DNA of 64,000 bases, taken from positions 1,984,001 to 2,048,000 of the forward strand of contig OZ245817.1 in assembly GCA_965228475.1 (NCBI GenBank), read 5' to 3'. Origin of the DNA: Myxococcota bacterium (GTDB taxonomy: Bacteria > Myxococcota_A > UBA9160 > JAFDDA01). The notes beneath the pieces were generated by a model, which saw only the letters and a list, made by a program, of their open reading frames with translations, had not been told where the DNA came from and made no database searches. Position 1 is the stretch's first letter. Every line of letters starts with the position of its first letter. The position numbers were made by a program, and so were the translations under genes. This document shows positions 9,402 to 19,285 of this stretch, piece by piece.

Positions 9402-10488
9402 CGGCAGCTCCTCCGTGCTTCGTGACGAACGGAGTCGAAACGACGTGTGCGCGCTTGTTGCGGCCGCGGATCACCACGTCGAGCGACGTGCCCTCGGCTG
9501 CGAGCGCAGGCGGAACGTAGCCGAGGCCGATCGATTTTCCGAGGGTGGGAGAGGGGGCTCCGGAGGTGACGACGCCGATCTCGCGCCCCTCCGCGGCCAG
9601 CGGATATTCGGCGCGGGCGACGCCCGGGTCGTCGAGCACGAAACCGACGAGGCGCCGCGCGGGCCCGTCGGCGGCTTCGCGCGCGAGGGCGTCGGCACCG
9701 AGGAAGCCGCCCGCCTCGAGCTTGACGAAGCGGTCGAGCCCCGCGGCCAGGGGCGAGGTCTCGTCGTCGAGTTCGTGGCCGTAGAGGGGGAGCGCGGCTT
9801 CGAGGCGCAGGGTGTCGCGCGCGCCGAGCCCGGCGGGCTTCGCGCCGGCCTCGAGGAGAGCGTCGAACACCGTTTCAGTGGCCGCGGCCGGAAGGTAGAT
9901 CTCGTAGCCGTCCGCGCCGGTGTATCCGGTGCGCGACACCAGGGCCGTGCTCCCCGCGACCTTCGCCTCGAGGAAGCGGAAGCGGCGCAGGCTGCCGAGA
10001 TCGGCTTCGCACAGGCCCGCGAGCCGGGCGGTGGCCTCCGGCCCCTGGAGCGCGAGCAGGCCGGTCGCGTCGCTCTCGTTGCGGACCTCGGCGTCGCCGG
10101 CGTGGCGGACCACCCAGCGGTAGTCCTTCTCGATGTTCGAGGCGTTCACGCAGAGGAAGAGCGTCTGTTCGTCGACGCGGTAGACGGTGACGTCGTCGAC
10201 GGTCCCGCCCGCCTCGTTGCAGAGGATCCCGTAGCGCACGCGCCCGGGCGCGAGGCTCGCGACGGGGCAGGTCACGAGCCGCTCGGCGGCGGCGACGGCC
10301 TCGGGTCCGCGCAGCCAGATCTGGCCCATGTGGGAGACGTCGAAGAGCCCGGCGCTCTCGCGGACCGCCCGGTGCTCCTCCACGATCGAGTCGTACTGGA
10401 CCGGCATGTCCCAGCCGCCGAAGGGCACCATGCGGGCACCGAGCGCGCGGTGCCGCTCGTTCAGCGGGGTCTTGCGGAGCTCGCTCAC
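9394..10488 (-). CDS. gcvT: Glycine cleavage aminomethyltransferase T
   Basis: KTPL..H, FGGWDMPVQY, LFDVSHMG, SRTGYTG, GLGARDTLRLEA. Confidence 0.95.
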   Translation of the reverse strand: MSELRKTPLNERHRALGARMVPFGGWDMPVQYDSIVEEHRAVRESAGLFDVSHMGQIWLRGPEAVAAAERLVTCPVASLAPGRVRYGILCNEAGGTVDDVTVYRVDEQTLFLCVNASNIEKDYRWVVRHAGDAEVRNESDATGLLALQGPEATARLAGLCEADLGSLRRFRFLEAKVAGSTALVSRTGYTGADGYEIYLPAAATETVFDALLEAGAKPAGLGARDTLRLEAALPLYGHELDDETSPLAAGLDRFVKLEAGGFLGADALAREAADGPARRLVGFVLDDPGVARAEYPLAAEGREIGVVTSGAPSPTLGKSIGLGYVPPALAAEGTSLDVVIRGRNKRAHVVSTPFVTKHGGAAVG

Positions 10489-11354
10489 GGCGTGGCTTCG
10501 GCGGGCACGCCGAGCTGGCGCGCGGCGGCGATCGACGTCTGGTCGATCAGGGTGGCGATGGTCATGGGTCCGACCCCGCCCGGGACCGGCGTGATCATCG
10601 AGGCCCGCTCGGCCGCGGGTTCGAAGTCGACGTCGCCGACGTTGCCTTCGTTGTAGCCGGCGTCGATGACGATGGCGCCTTCCCGGATCCAGTCGCCCTG
10701 GACGAAGTTCGGCCGGCCGACGGCCGCGACGACGAGGTCCGCCTGGCGGACCAGGCCGGGCAGATCGCGGGTGCGCGAGTGGCAGATCGTGACCGTGGCG
10801 TGGGCGGCCAGGAGCATCATCGCCATGGGCTTGCCGAGGATGGCGCTCCGGCCGATCACCACCGCGTGCATGCCCTTCGGATCGACGTCGTAGGCCGCGA
10901 GCAGGCGCATGATGCCGGCGGGCGTGCACGAGCCGTAGCCCGAGTCGAGTTCGAAGGTGACCGCGCCGAAGCTGTGCAGGGTCACGCCGTCGACGTCCTT
11001 GGCCGGCGCGATCGCCTCGAAGGCGACGCGCTCGTCGACCTGCGGCGGGGCGGGGTGCTGGAGAAGGATGCCGTGGATGGCCGGGTCGCTCGAGAGGGTC
11101 TCGATGCGCGCGACGAGCTCTTCGGTCGTCGTGCTCCCGGGCATCTCGACCGAGACCGACTTCATCCCCACGGACTCGCAGCGCTTGCGCTTCATGCGGA
11201 CGTAGGTCGCCGAGGCCGGGTCGTCGCCGACCAGGACGGTGGCCAGGCAGGGCGTCTCGCCCGTGGCATCCGCGATGCGGGCGACGCGTTTCGCGCAGTC
11301 GTCGAGCACACGGCGCGAGACCGCTTTGCCGTCGAGAAGTGTGGGATCGGACAT
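10485..11354 (-). CDS. folD: Bifunctional methylene-THF dehydrogenase/cyclohydrolase
   Basis: VGDDPASATYV, KDVDG, CTPAG, GRSAILGKP, TPVPGGVGPMT. Confidence 0.95.
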   Translation of the reverse strand: MSDPTLLDGKAVSRRVLDDCAKRVARIADATGETPCLATVLVGDDPASATYVRMKRKRCESVGMKSVSVEMPGSTTTEELVARIETLSSDPAIHGILLQHPAPPQVDERVAFEAIAPAKDVDGVTLHSFGAVTFELDSGYGSCTPAGIMRLLAAYDVDPKGMHAVVIGRSAILGKPMAMMLLAAHATVTICHSRTRDLPGLVRQADLVVAAVGRPNFVQGDWIREGAIVIDAGYNEGNVGDVDFEPAAERASMITPVPGGVGPMTIATLIDQTSIAAARQLGVPAEATP

Positions 11355-11407
11355 GGCGCGGAGTATAGGCGCCTGCCGCCGGGCGTCAGGCGGCGGGGCA
11401 GGGCGCG

Positions 11408-11752
11408 TCAGGCGGCGCTCTTCTTGCTCTTGCCGCTCTTCTTGTCCTTGGTCTTCGACTTCGAGTCTGATTTCGACTCCGACTTCGAGCTGCTTTTCGT
11501 CTCGGCGCTCGAGCCGCTGCTCTCGGAGTCCGAACTCGACTCCGACTTCGAATCCGTTCCCGAGTTCCCCGTCGAGGAGTAGAGGTCGTTGTACCAGCCG
11601 CCGCCCTTCAAGACGAACGACGTCTTGGAGATGAGCCGCTTCGCCTTCATGGCGCCGCAGGCGGGGCACTTCTTGATCGGGTCTTCGACGATGCGCTGCT
11701 CGCGCTCGAATTCGTGGCCGCACTTGGTGCACGCGTAGTCGTAGATCGGCAT
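11408..11752 (-). CDS. FmdB-family zinc ribbon protein with Ser/Lys-rich tail
   Basis: [13 protein letters not shown]...CPACG...FVLKGGGWY. Confidence 0.9.
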   Translation of the reverse strand: MPIYDYACTKCGHEFEREQRIVEDPIKKCPACGAMKAKRLISKTSFVLKGGGWYNDLYSSTGNSGTDSKSESSSDSESSGSSAETKSSSKSESKSDSKSKTKDKKSGKSKKSAA

Positions 11753-11889
11753 TTCACTCTCCCGTGCGACCCCTCCGCCGGCCGCGTACGGCAGGCCCTG
11801 GCGAAGGCGGCGAAACCTTGGGGTTCCCTTGGTCCGCCGTCAACCCTGGGCCTCCTGCGGGCCGAGGGCCCGGACGGGAGGTGCCGGCG

Positions 11890-12858
11890 CTAGCCCTGGC
11901 CGAAGAAGACCCGCCAACCCTGACCGGAAGGCGCCTCGGGCCGGGCCCGGCGCTTCGGGCGGGCCTTGGCCGGCTCCGAAGCCGCCGCGCGAGCCGGCTC
12001 CGGGGTGGGCGTCGCGGCCTCGCCGGCCGCGTCCGGGCTGGCCGCCTGGACCTCCGGGGCTTCTTCGCCCTGCGGCGGGCCGGGCGGGCCGAAGAGCTCG
12101 GTCTCGTTCTCGATCTCCTCGAAGAGACTGGCGACGGCGATCGCCTCCTCGGTCTCGGCGGCGAGCGCGGCCTCGTCGGCCGCCGTCTCGGCCTCGTCGG
12201 CCGCCGTCTCGGCCTCGTCGGCCGCCGTCTCGGCCTCGTCGGCCGCGGGAGCCGGAGCGGCGGCCTCCGCTGCGGCGATGGGCGCGGGTGCGTCTTCGGC
12301 ATCGGCGGCGGTCTCGACGGGCGCCGCTTCGAGCTCCTTCACGGCGGCCTCGGGCGACGGCGCCGCCAGGGCGGCGATCGGCGTCGGGCGGGCGTCGGCC
12401 TCTTCGTCGTAGTCCTGGGAGAAGCCCTCGAGCAGGGCGAGGTGGGTCTCGATCGTGGCGCGCACGGAGCTGGCGACGCGGGTGCGCAGGGCGCGCAGCT
12501 CGCGGACGTCGTGGGCCAGGCGGCTCGTCTGGCGGTGGGCGGCGGCGAGGATCTTCTCGGCCTGGATCTCGGCCGCGCCGACCCGCATCTGGGCCTCCTG
12601 CTCGGCCGTGCGGCGGAGGTCGTCCGAGAGGCCCTGGGCGGTCACGAGGGCATCGCGGAGCGTGTCCTCCTGGCTCGAGATCTCGCGGATCCGGGCCTCG
12701 AGCTCCGCGACGCGGCGGCGCAGGCCGTCGGCCTCGGCGGTCAGCTCGGCCCAGTCCTCCACGAGGCTCGCGCGGAACTGCTCGACCTCGTCGACGTCGT
12801 AGCCCGAGAAGCGGCGCGGGAAGGTGTGGTTCTGAACGTCGAGCGCAGTCATCCGCAT
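11890..12858 (-). CDS. DivIVA domain protein with acidic low-complexity C-terminus
   Basis: MTALDVQNHTFPRRFSGYDVDEVEQF followed by coiled coil; located in the yggS-proC-divIVA context. Confidence 0.85.
   Translation of the reverse strand: MRMTALDVQNHTFPRRFSGYDVDEVEQFRASLVEDWAELTAEADGLRRRVAELEARIREISSQEDTLRDALVTAQGLSDDLRRTAEQEAQMRVGAAEIQAEKILAAAHRQTSRLAHDVRELRALRTRVASSVRATIETHLALLEGFSQDYDEEADARPTPIAALAAPSPEAAVKELEAAPVETAADAEDAPAPIAAAEAAAPAPAADEAETAADEAETAADEAETAADEAALAAETEEAIAVASLFEEIENETELFGPPGPPQGEEAPEVQAASPDAAGEAATPTPEPARAAASEPAKARPKRRARPEAPSGQGWRVFFGQG
12168..12246. repeat. 21-bp tandem repeat, about 3.75 copies, encoding ETAADEA in the DivIVA protein
   Basis: cggcctcgtcggccgccgtct x3 plus a 16-bp partial copy. 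Confidence 0.9.
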
Positions 12859-12955
12859 GTCCGGGTCCCCCGGCTGATCAGCAGCCTTCCGGCAGGGGAT
12901 CGGCATTCCGGACGCGGCCCTTGAGGCCCGGGACGGGGCCTCCTCGGGGGCGGGC

Positions 12956-13780
12956 CTAGGACTCCCCGAGCTCCCGGGAGCGCCGGGTGGCCGCCTCGAC
13001 GGCGTCGTGGAGGGCCGCCCGGAACCCGCCCGCCTCGAGGCGTTCGAGGCCGGCGATCGTGGTGCCGCCGGGCGAGGTGACCTGATCCTTCAGGGCCGCC
13101 GGGTGCTGGCCGGACTCGATCGCCAGCTGGGCGGCGCCGGCCACGGTCTGGAAGGCCAGTTCGTAGGCCGCATCCCGGGGGAGCCCCATGCGCACGCCGG
13201 CGTCGCCGAGGGCCTCGAGGAAGACGAAGACGTAGGCCGGGCCGCTCCCGGAGAGGCCCGTCACGGCGTCGAGCAGCCCTTCGTTCGGGGCTTCCCAGCA
13301 GGTGCCGACGGCCGCGAAGAAGCTCCGCGCGATGGCCCGGTCCGCGTGGGTCGCCCGGGCGTTGGCGTGGATCGCGGTCGCGCCGGCGTGCACGAGCGAC
13401 GGGGTGTTCGGCATCGCGCGCACGATCCTGCCGCCACCGAGCGCCTCGCCGAGCGTGGCCAGGGAGACGCCCGCGGCGATCGAGATCCAGAGCGGACCCT
13501 CGGCATCGACGCCGGCCTCACGCAGGGCGCGCAGCGCCGGCGCCGCGACGCCCGGCTTCACGGCGACCACCGCGACGTCGCACTCGTCGAGGGCTTCGGC
13601 GTTGTCCGCGACGACCGCGAGGCCGCGGGTCTCGGCGAGGGCCTTCTGGCGGGCGGGATCCGGGTCGGAGAGGCGGATGCGGTCGGCCGGGACGCCGGCG
13701 CCGAGCAGGCCTCCGGCGAGGGCCTCGGCCATGGCCCCGGCTCCGATGAATCCGAATCGACGATCGGCGAGTTCGCTCAT
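12956..13780 (-). CDS. proC: Pyrroline-5-carboxylate reductase
   Basis: GFIGAGAMA, RAMPNTP, GLSGSGPAY, VTSPGGTT. Confidence 0.95.
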   Translation of the reverse strand: MSELADRRFGFIGAGAMAEALAGGLLGAGVPADRIRLSDPDPARQKALAETRGLAVVADNAEALDECDVAVVAVKPGVAAPALRALREAGVDAEGPLWISIAAGVSLATLGEALGGGRIVRAMPNTPSLVHAGATAIHANARATHADRAIARSFFAAVGTCWEAPNEGLLDAVTGLSGSGPAYVFVFLEALGDAGVRMGLPRDAAYELAFQTVAGAAQLAIESGQHPAALKDQVTSPGGTTIAGLERLEAGGFRAALHDAVEAATRRSRELGES

Positions 13781-13816
13781 GACTTCCTTCCGGCTCTCTT
13801 CGGGCTCTCCGTCCCG

Positions 13817-14533
13817 CTACTCGCGGGCGCCGAAGATCGCGCTGCCCACGCGGACCCGGGTGGCGCCTTCTTCGATGGCAACCTCGAAGTCCGCGGACAT
13901 GCCCATCGATAGCTCGCGCAGGCTGGCTCCGCCCGGCGCACTCCGGAGCTCCGCGAGCAGGCCCCGGAGCCGGGCGAAGGCCGGCCGGCCGGCCTCCGGG
14001 TCCGCCGCGGCGGCCGGGACGGTCATCAGGCCGGTCACCCGCAGGTGCTCGAGCGGTTCGCAGGCGGCCAGCAGGGCAGGGAGCCCTTCGGCGGCGACGC
14101 CGCCCTTCTGGGGCTCCTCGGAGAGATTCACCTGGAGGAGGACCTCGAGCGTGCGGCCGGCGCTCGCGGCGCGGGCGTCGAGCGTTCGCGCAAGGCTCTC
14201 CCGGTCCACGGACTCGATCACGTCGAAGGCTTCCGCGACCGGGCGCGCCTTGTTGCGCTGGAGCTGGCCGATGAAGTGCCACACCGGCGCGGGCAGCCCC
14301 TCGGCCGCGAGCGCTTCGCTCACCTCGCCGACCTTCGGGACGGCTTCCTGTGCATAGTTCTCGGCCAGCCGATCGAGGCCCGCCGCAACGGCCGCGACGA
14401 CGTCCGCCGCCGGCTTGCGCTTCGACACCCCGACCAGGGACACGTCGGAGGGGTCGCGCCCTGCGCGCCGGCAGGCGTCGGCGATCCGTTCGCGCACCGC
14501 GGCCAGGCCTTCGGCGACCGGGGCTCGGCTCAC
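13817..14533 (-). CDS. yggS: YggS-family PLP homeostasis protein
   Basis: VGVSK, ENYAQE, WHFIGQLQRNK, LSMGMSADF, VRVGSAIFG. Confidence 0.95.
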   Translation of the reverse strand: MSRAPVAEGLAAVRERIADACRRAGRDPSDVSLVGVSKRKPAADVVAAVAAGLDRLAENYAQEAVPKVGEVSEALAAEGLPAPVWHFIGQLQRNKARPVAEAFDVIESVDRESLARTLDARAASAGRTLEVLLQVNLSEEPQKGGVAAEGLPALLAACEPLEHLRVTGLMTVPAAAADPEAGRPAFARLRGLLAELRSAPGGASLRELSMGMSADFEVAIEEGATRVRVGSAIFGARE

Positions 14534-15123
14534 CCGAGCGCCGCCGCGACGAGGGCGAGCGACTCTTCGACGGGCAGGCCGATCACGTTGGTCTCGCTTC
14601 CGTCCACGTGCTCGACGAACTTCCGCCCCTCGCCCTGAAGGCCGTAGGCGCCGGCCTTGTCGAGGGGCTCGCCGCCCGCCACGTAGCGTTCGATCTCCTC
14701 GCGCCCGGCCGGGCGCATGCGGACCCGGGACCGGAACGCGCCGGTGTGCGCCACCCGCGATTCGCTCGAGAGGACCGCGACGCCGGTGATCACCTCGTGG
14801 GTCCGCCCGACCAGGCGCTCGAGCAGGGAGACGGCATGGGCCGCGTCGTCGGGTTTACCGAGTACGTCGTCGCCGAGCACCACGATGGTGTCCGCGCCGA
14901 GCACGATGCGTTCCGGCGAGGCGCCGATGCGGCCGGCCACCTCGGCGGCCTTCTCGCCCGCCAGCCGGACCGCGAGATCCGCCGGGGCCTCGCCCGCCCG
15001 GGGCACCTCTTCGACCCGCGACGGGATGACCTCGATCGCGACGCCCGCGGCGCGGAGCAGGTCGCTTCGCCGCGGCGAACCGCTGGCGAGAACGAGCGGA
15101 TGGGCGAGCTCGGGGGCGACCAT
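14530..15123 (-). CDS. maf: Maf-family nucleoside triphosphate pyrophosphatase
   Basis: LVLASGSPRR, GADTIV, LGKP, DKAGAYGLQG, NVIGLP. Confidence 0.92.
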   Translation of the reverse strand: MVAPELAHPLVLASGSPRRSDLLRAAGVAIEVIPSRVEEVPRAGEAPADLAVRLAGEKAAEVAGRIGASPERIVLGADTIVVLGDDVLGKPDDAAHAVSLLERLVGRTHEVITGVAVLSSESRVAHTGAFRSRVRMRPAGREEIERYVAGGEPLDKAGAYGLQGEGRKFVEHVDGSETNVIGLPVEESLALVAAALG

Positions 15124-15199
15124 CGCCCGGGGATACCGACCGCGTCGAGGCGGGTCAACGCCCTGCTCCCGGAAGCCGAAACCGGGCTAGCGTGACGGG

Positions 15200-15529
15200 G
15201 TGGAACGCACGTGGACCCTGGAGACGGCCCGCGCCCTGCTCGGCGAGGTGCGAGAACGCACCGGGAGCGCCTGCGCGGCCGTCGAGGCGCTCGAGGCGCG
15301 CATCGAGGCACGGCGCGGCGAGCCCGCCGAGGCGCGGGCCCTGGCCGAAGCGCTCCGGGAGCGCGTGTCCCGCTGGATGCGGGAGATGGAGGCGCTCGGC
15401 GTCCGCGTCGAAGGCCCCTGGCAGGTGCTCTTCGAGACCGAGGGCGGCGCCTTCTGCTGGGCCTGGCCCGAGGAAGAGCTGACCCGCTTCCGGGCGAGCG
15501 AGGCGATCCACGCCACGCCCATCCAGTAG
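15200..15529 (+). CDS. DUF2203-like protein
   Basis: WTLETARALL N-terminus; LGV.V....CW..PE pattern. Confidence 0.55.
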   Translation: MERTWTLETARALLGEVRERTGSACAAVEALEARIEARRGEPAEARALAEALRERVSRWMREMEALGVRVEGPWQVLFETEGGAFCWAWPEEELTRFRASEAIHATPIQ

Positions 15530-15709
15530 CAAGCCCGCGGCAAGGGACCCGCGGCTTCCGGCGTAGGGCCCCGGTTCGAGAGCCGTGGCTCGGTGCGTGC
15601 AAGCGCCGTGAAGCGCTGCGGCAGGCGTCACCTTTCGCAGCGGAACGCGACTCACGAGCGAGCCGGTCTGCCGCCACCCCCGGAACCGGACCTCGCCGGA
15701 GGTCTCGTC

Positions 15710-16570
15710 ATGAACCCGCAAGCCCCTTCGTTCTCGCTCGGCCGCGCAGCGCATCTCCGCTCGCGTTCCTTCTTCCGTGCTCTCGCCCTGCTCGCCATCG
15801 GCGCATCCTTCGCGCTCCAGGGGCCGGCGCAGGCGGCGGAGGAAGTCGGACGGGTCGCATCGGTCGAAGGCCAGGCCACCGCGGCCGCGCCGGGAGAGGA
15901 GCCGCGCGCCCTGCGCTGCGGGGATCCCGTCTTCGCGGACGAGCGGGTGGTGACGGGCGCGGCCGCCGGACTCCGGATCGAGACCCTGAACGGCGCCGAG
16001 CTCCAGCTGGGCGCGGGCAGCGGGCTCCACATGAACCTCGCCCACGGCGAGCTCACCCACCATCTCCACCGGGGCGTCCTGCGGGTGTGGGATGGCCGCC
16101 CGGCGCCCGGCGTGCGGATCGCCGGCCCGGGCGGAAGCGAAGTCGCGCACGCGGGGGACGTCGAGATCGTGCGCGTCGGGCCCGACGTGCGCGTGTGCGA
16201 GTGGCTCGACGCGGGGCTCGCGAGCTGCCGGTTGCTCCAGGCGAACGGCCGCGCGAGCTGGCTCGAGGACGCCTCGCCGCGCAGCCTGCTCGCCCTCGGT
16301 GACGGCTGCGGCTGGAAGCTCGGCTTGCGGGGTCTCTACTCGCCGGCGGACTTCCTCACGGCGGCGCCCGTCTCGGCCGGGCCGGGCGACGAAGCGCTCG
16401 CCTTCGATTTCGACGACCACGACCCGCCGTGCAGCGGCGACGAGTGTGGCGGTGGAACCGGCGGGCCCGGGCCCGGAGTGACCCCCGTCGATCCGACGGA
16501 CCCCGAGCGCGTGCTCACGGTGGCGCCGGCGCCGATCGGGATCCCGCCCTTCCCGCCGGTGATTCCCTGA
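15710..16570 (+). CDS. Exported FecR-like domain protein
   Basis: GGAGG RBS; signal peptide ending AQA; VGRVASVEG...L..GDPV...VTG...LQLG FecR-like pattern; Pro/acidic tail. Confidence 0.6.
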   Translation: MNPQAPSFSLGRAAHLRSRSFFRALALLAIGASFALQGPAQAAEEVGRVASVEGQATAAAPGEEPRALRCGDPVFADERVVTGAAAGLRIETLNGAELQLGAGSGLHMNLAHGELTHHLHRGVLRVWDGRPAPGVRIAGPGGSEVAHAGDVEIVRVGPDVRVCEWLDAGLASCRLLQANGRASWLEDASPRSLLALGDGCGWKLGLRGLYSPADFLTAAPVSAGPGDEALAFDFDDHDPPCSGDECGGGTGGPGPGVTPVDPTDPERVLTVAPAPIGIPPFPPVIP

Positions 16571-16614
16571 ACGCCGGTGATCCCCTGAAAGGAAGCCCTC
16601 CGGTGATTCCTGAG
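16554..16614 (+). repeat. Three degenerate direct repeats of CCGGTGATyCC(C)TGA spanning the stop codon
   Basis: cgccggtgattccctgaa / cgccggtgatcccctgaa / ccggtgattcctgag. Confidence 0.7.
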
Positions 16615-16763
16615 GGAAACGCCGCAACCCCTGTGCAGGCCGCTCGAACGGGAAGGGGTGCTCCAATGTCACAGTTGGCCGGATCCCCGCATTGGACCTT
16701 TCGAGGCCGCCTGGAGGGATTCGTGCCGACCGATTGCGCTGCGGCTCGGGATGGGTTGAATTC

Positions 16764-17960
16764 ATGGCCGTGATCCACGGCGACATCCATCCGGACTTCG
16801 AGACCGTCAGCCGAGCGCTCGAGAGCCAGATCAAGGGCGGCGGCGGAGCGGCGGTCTGCGTCTACCACCGCGGGGAATGCGTGGTCGATGCCTGGGCCGG
16901 GAAGCGCGACGCCAAGGGCAGCCCCTGGAATGCCGACACCACGGCGCTCTCCTTCTCGACGACCAAGGGTGTGACCTCGACCGCGCTCCACCTGCTCGTG
17001 GACCGCGGGCTCGTCGACTACGACCGGCCGGTCGCGCACTACTGGCCCGAGTTCGCCGCCGAGGGCAAGGGCGAGCTCACCGTCCGCCACCTGCTGGCCC
17101 ACGAGGCCGGGCTCTTCCGCATCCAGGGCCTGGTCGACCACGCCGACCACATGCTCGACTGGCAGCGCATGACCGAGTCGCTGGCGGCGGCACGGCCTTC
17201 CCACCCCCCCGGTGCCTACAACGCCTACCACGCCCTGACCTTCGGCTGGCTCGTCGGCGAGTTGATCCAGCGGGTCGCCGGCGTTCCGTTCCAGGACTTC
17301 ATCCGCAAGGAGATCGCCGACCCGCTCGGTCTCGATGGCCTCACCATCGGCGTCCAGAGCGACGAGGAGCGCGCCCGGGTCGCGCAGCTCCTGGGCGGTG
17401 ACCTCGCGGCCTCCGCGGGCGAGGAGACGGTGGCCGCCGAGAGCCGGCTCTTGCGCTGGTCGAGTCAGGCCGCGTCGTTCCTGCGTCTGCCCTTCAACCC
17501 CGGGCGCACCGCCGGCGCCCTCGTCCTTCCGGGCGTGCTGCGCTTCTTCTTCTCGCCCCAGGCGGTCGATGCGCCGATCCCCGCGGCGAACGGCACGTTC
17601 ACGGCCCGGTCCCTCGCGCGGCTCTACGCGACCCTCGCGGCCGACGGCGAGATCGACGGCCGCCGCCTGCTTTCGAACGGCACCGTCATGCAGGCCACGG
17701 AGATCCAGAACACGCGCGTCGACGGTGTGGTTCCCTTCCCGATGCGCTGGCGGCTCGGGTACCACCTCGCCGCGACCACGCGAGGGATCCTCAAGAACGG
17801 CTTCGGCCACTTCGGCTACGGCGGCTCGGGCGCCTGGGCCGACCCGGACCGCGACCTCGCCGTCGCGATGGTCACGAACCAGGTGGCCGGGACGCCCTTC
17901 GGCGACCTGCGGATGCTGCGCATGGGCGCCGCCGCCGTCAGCGCGGCCGAGGCGCGCTAG
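16764..17960 (+). CDS. Serine hydrolase, beta-lactamase/esterase (class C-like) family
   Basis: SxxK motif FSTTKG, YWPEF, LLAHEAG, YHALTFGWL, FGHFGYGGS. Confidence 0.9.
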   Translation: MAVIHGDIHPDFETVSRALESQIKGGGGAAVCVYHRGECVVDAWAGKRDAKGSPWNADTTALSFSTTKGVTSTALHLLVDRGLVDYDRPVAHYWPEFAAEGKGELTVRHLLAHEAGLFRIQGLVDHADHMLDWQRMTESLAAARPSHPPGAYNAYHALTFGWLVGELIQRVAGVPFQDFIRKEIADPLGLDGLTIGVQSDEERARVAQLLGGDLAASAGEETVAAESRLLRWSSQAASFLRLPFNPGRTAGALVLPGVLRFFFSPQAVDAPIPAANGTFTARSLARLYATLAADGEIDGRRLLSNGTVMQATEIQNTRVDGVVPFPMRWRLGYHLAATTRGILKNGFGHFGYGGSGAWADPDRDLAVAMVTNQVAGTPFGDLRMLRMGAAAVSAAEAR

Positions 17961-17975
17961 CGCCTCGAGACCCCG

Positions 17976-19220
17976 TCAGTCGTCCCGAGGCCCGACCGTG
18001 CCCTGGGCGCGCAGCGCCGCGCGCCGTTCTTCCGAGTAGCCGAGCTCCGAGAGCAGGGCGTCGTCGTCGGCGCCGAGCGCCGGGGCGCCGCTCCGCACGC
18101 GCGTCGGCGTCCGGGAGAACTTCGCCGCGGGGCCGACGATCGGTGCGGACGCGCCATCGGCCTGGGGCGTCATCTGGAGCATGTCGCGGTCGCGGACGAG
18201 GGGGTCGGCGGTGGCCTCGGCGTAGCTGCGAACGGGGGCCGCCGGGAGCCCGGCGGTGGCGAAGGCCTCGAGCACCTCGGCCACGCTCCGCTCGCCGACC
18301 CAGCCTTCGAGCCACCCGTCCACCTCGCCCCGGCGCGCGAGGCGTGCCGCCGTCGTCGCGTAGTCCGGGTGGTCCGCGAGCTCCGGCCGCCCGAGGACGC
18401 CGGCGAGGATCCGCCAGTGGGCGTCGATCAGGACGCCCACCGCCACCAGGCCATCGCGCGCCGGGTAGGTCCGGGCCGGCGCCGCGATGCGGAACTCGTT
18501 GCCGAGGCGGGGCAGGGGGATGCCGAGGGCCGCGAGCGTCGGGTAGCCGTTCGACTGGAAGAGCAGGGAGTCGAGGAGCGACACGTCGATGTGCTGGCCC
18601 TCGCCGGTCTGGCTGCGGTGGTGCAGGGCCGCGAGGGTGGCCGTGGCGGCGTGGAGCCCGGCGAAGTCGTCGCCGACGAAGGTCGGCGCCTTCACGGGCT
18701 CTCCGTCGGCGTCGCCGTTCAGGGACATGAAGCCGCTCGCCGCCTGGGCGAGGGGGTCGTAGCCGGCGCGTTCGTGCCCGGTTCCGAACTGTCCCCAGCC
18801 GCTGATCGAGACGTAGATCACGTCCTCGCGGACCGCGCGCACCTCGGGGTAGCCGAGCCCCCAGCCGGCGAGCGTCCCCGGCCGGAAGTTCTCGACGACC
18901 ACGTCGCTCCGGGCGGCGAGACCGAGGAAGATCTCGCGCCCGTCCGGGTGTTTCAGGTCGAGCGCGAGGCTCCGCTTGTTGCGGTTCACCGTGGCCTGCA
19001 TGAACCCGAGCGGCGGCTCGTGACCGGGGAGGTACGGCGGCGCTCGGCGTGCCATCTCACCGCGCGGGTGCTCGACCTTGACCACGTCGGCGCCGAAGTC
19101 CGCGAGGAGACATCCGCACAGGGGGCCGGCCCAGGTGGTGGTCGCCTCGAGCACGCGCACGCCCGCGAGGGGGCCCGGGAGATCGTCGCGCGCCTCTCGG
19201 TAGAAATCGTCTTTCTGCAC
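17976..19220 (-). CDS. CaiB/BaiF family III CoA-transferase
   Basis: GPL.GVRVLE, GADVVKVE, NRNKRS, VENFRPG, GYDPLAQA. Start is uncertain (19220 or 19256). Confidence 0.92.
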   Translation of the reverse strand: MQKDDFYREARDDLPGPLAGVRVLEATTTWAGPLCGCLLADFGADVVKVEHPRGEMARRAPPYLPGHEPPLGFMQATVNRNKRSLALDLKHPDGREIFLGLAARSDVVVENFRPGTLAGWGLGYPEVRAVREDVIYVSISGWGQFGTGHERAGYDPLAQAASGFMSLNGDADGEPVKAPTFVGDDFAGLHAATATLAALHHRSQTGEGQHIDVSLLDSLLFQSNGYPTLAALGIPLPRLGNEFRIAAPARTYPARDGLVAVGVLIDAHWRILAGVLGRPELADHPDYATTAARLARRGEVDGWLEGWVGERSVAEVLEAFATAGLPAAPVRSYAEATADPLVRDRDMLQMTPQADGASAPIVGPAAKFSRTPTRVRSGAPALGADDDALLSELGYSEERRAALRAQGTVGPRDD

Positions 19221-19285
19221 GGCGACGGTCGAAGCTATCCACCGCTTTCGCCCCACGCCATTACAATCCGGCGGGAGGAGGCGGC

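Noticed and set aside
10485..10490. Glycine riboswitch ahead of gcvT
   Set aside because: gcvT overlaps the folD stop, so there is no leader to hold one.
12168..12246. Possible CRISPR array
   Set aside because: Spacerless in-frame coding tandem repeat; no cas genes in the window.
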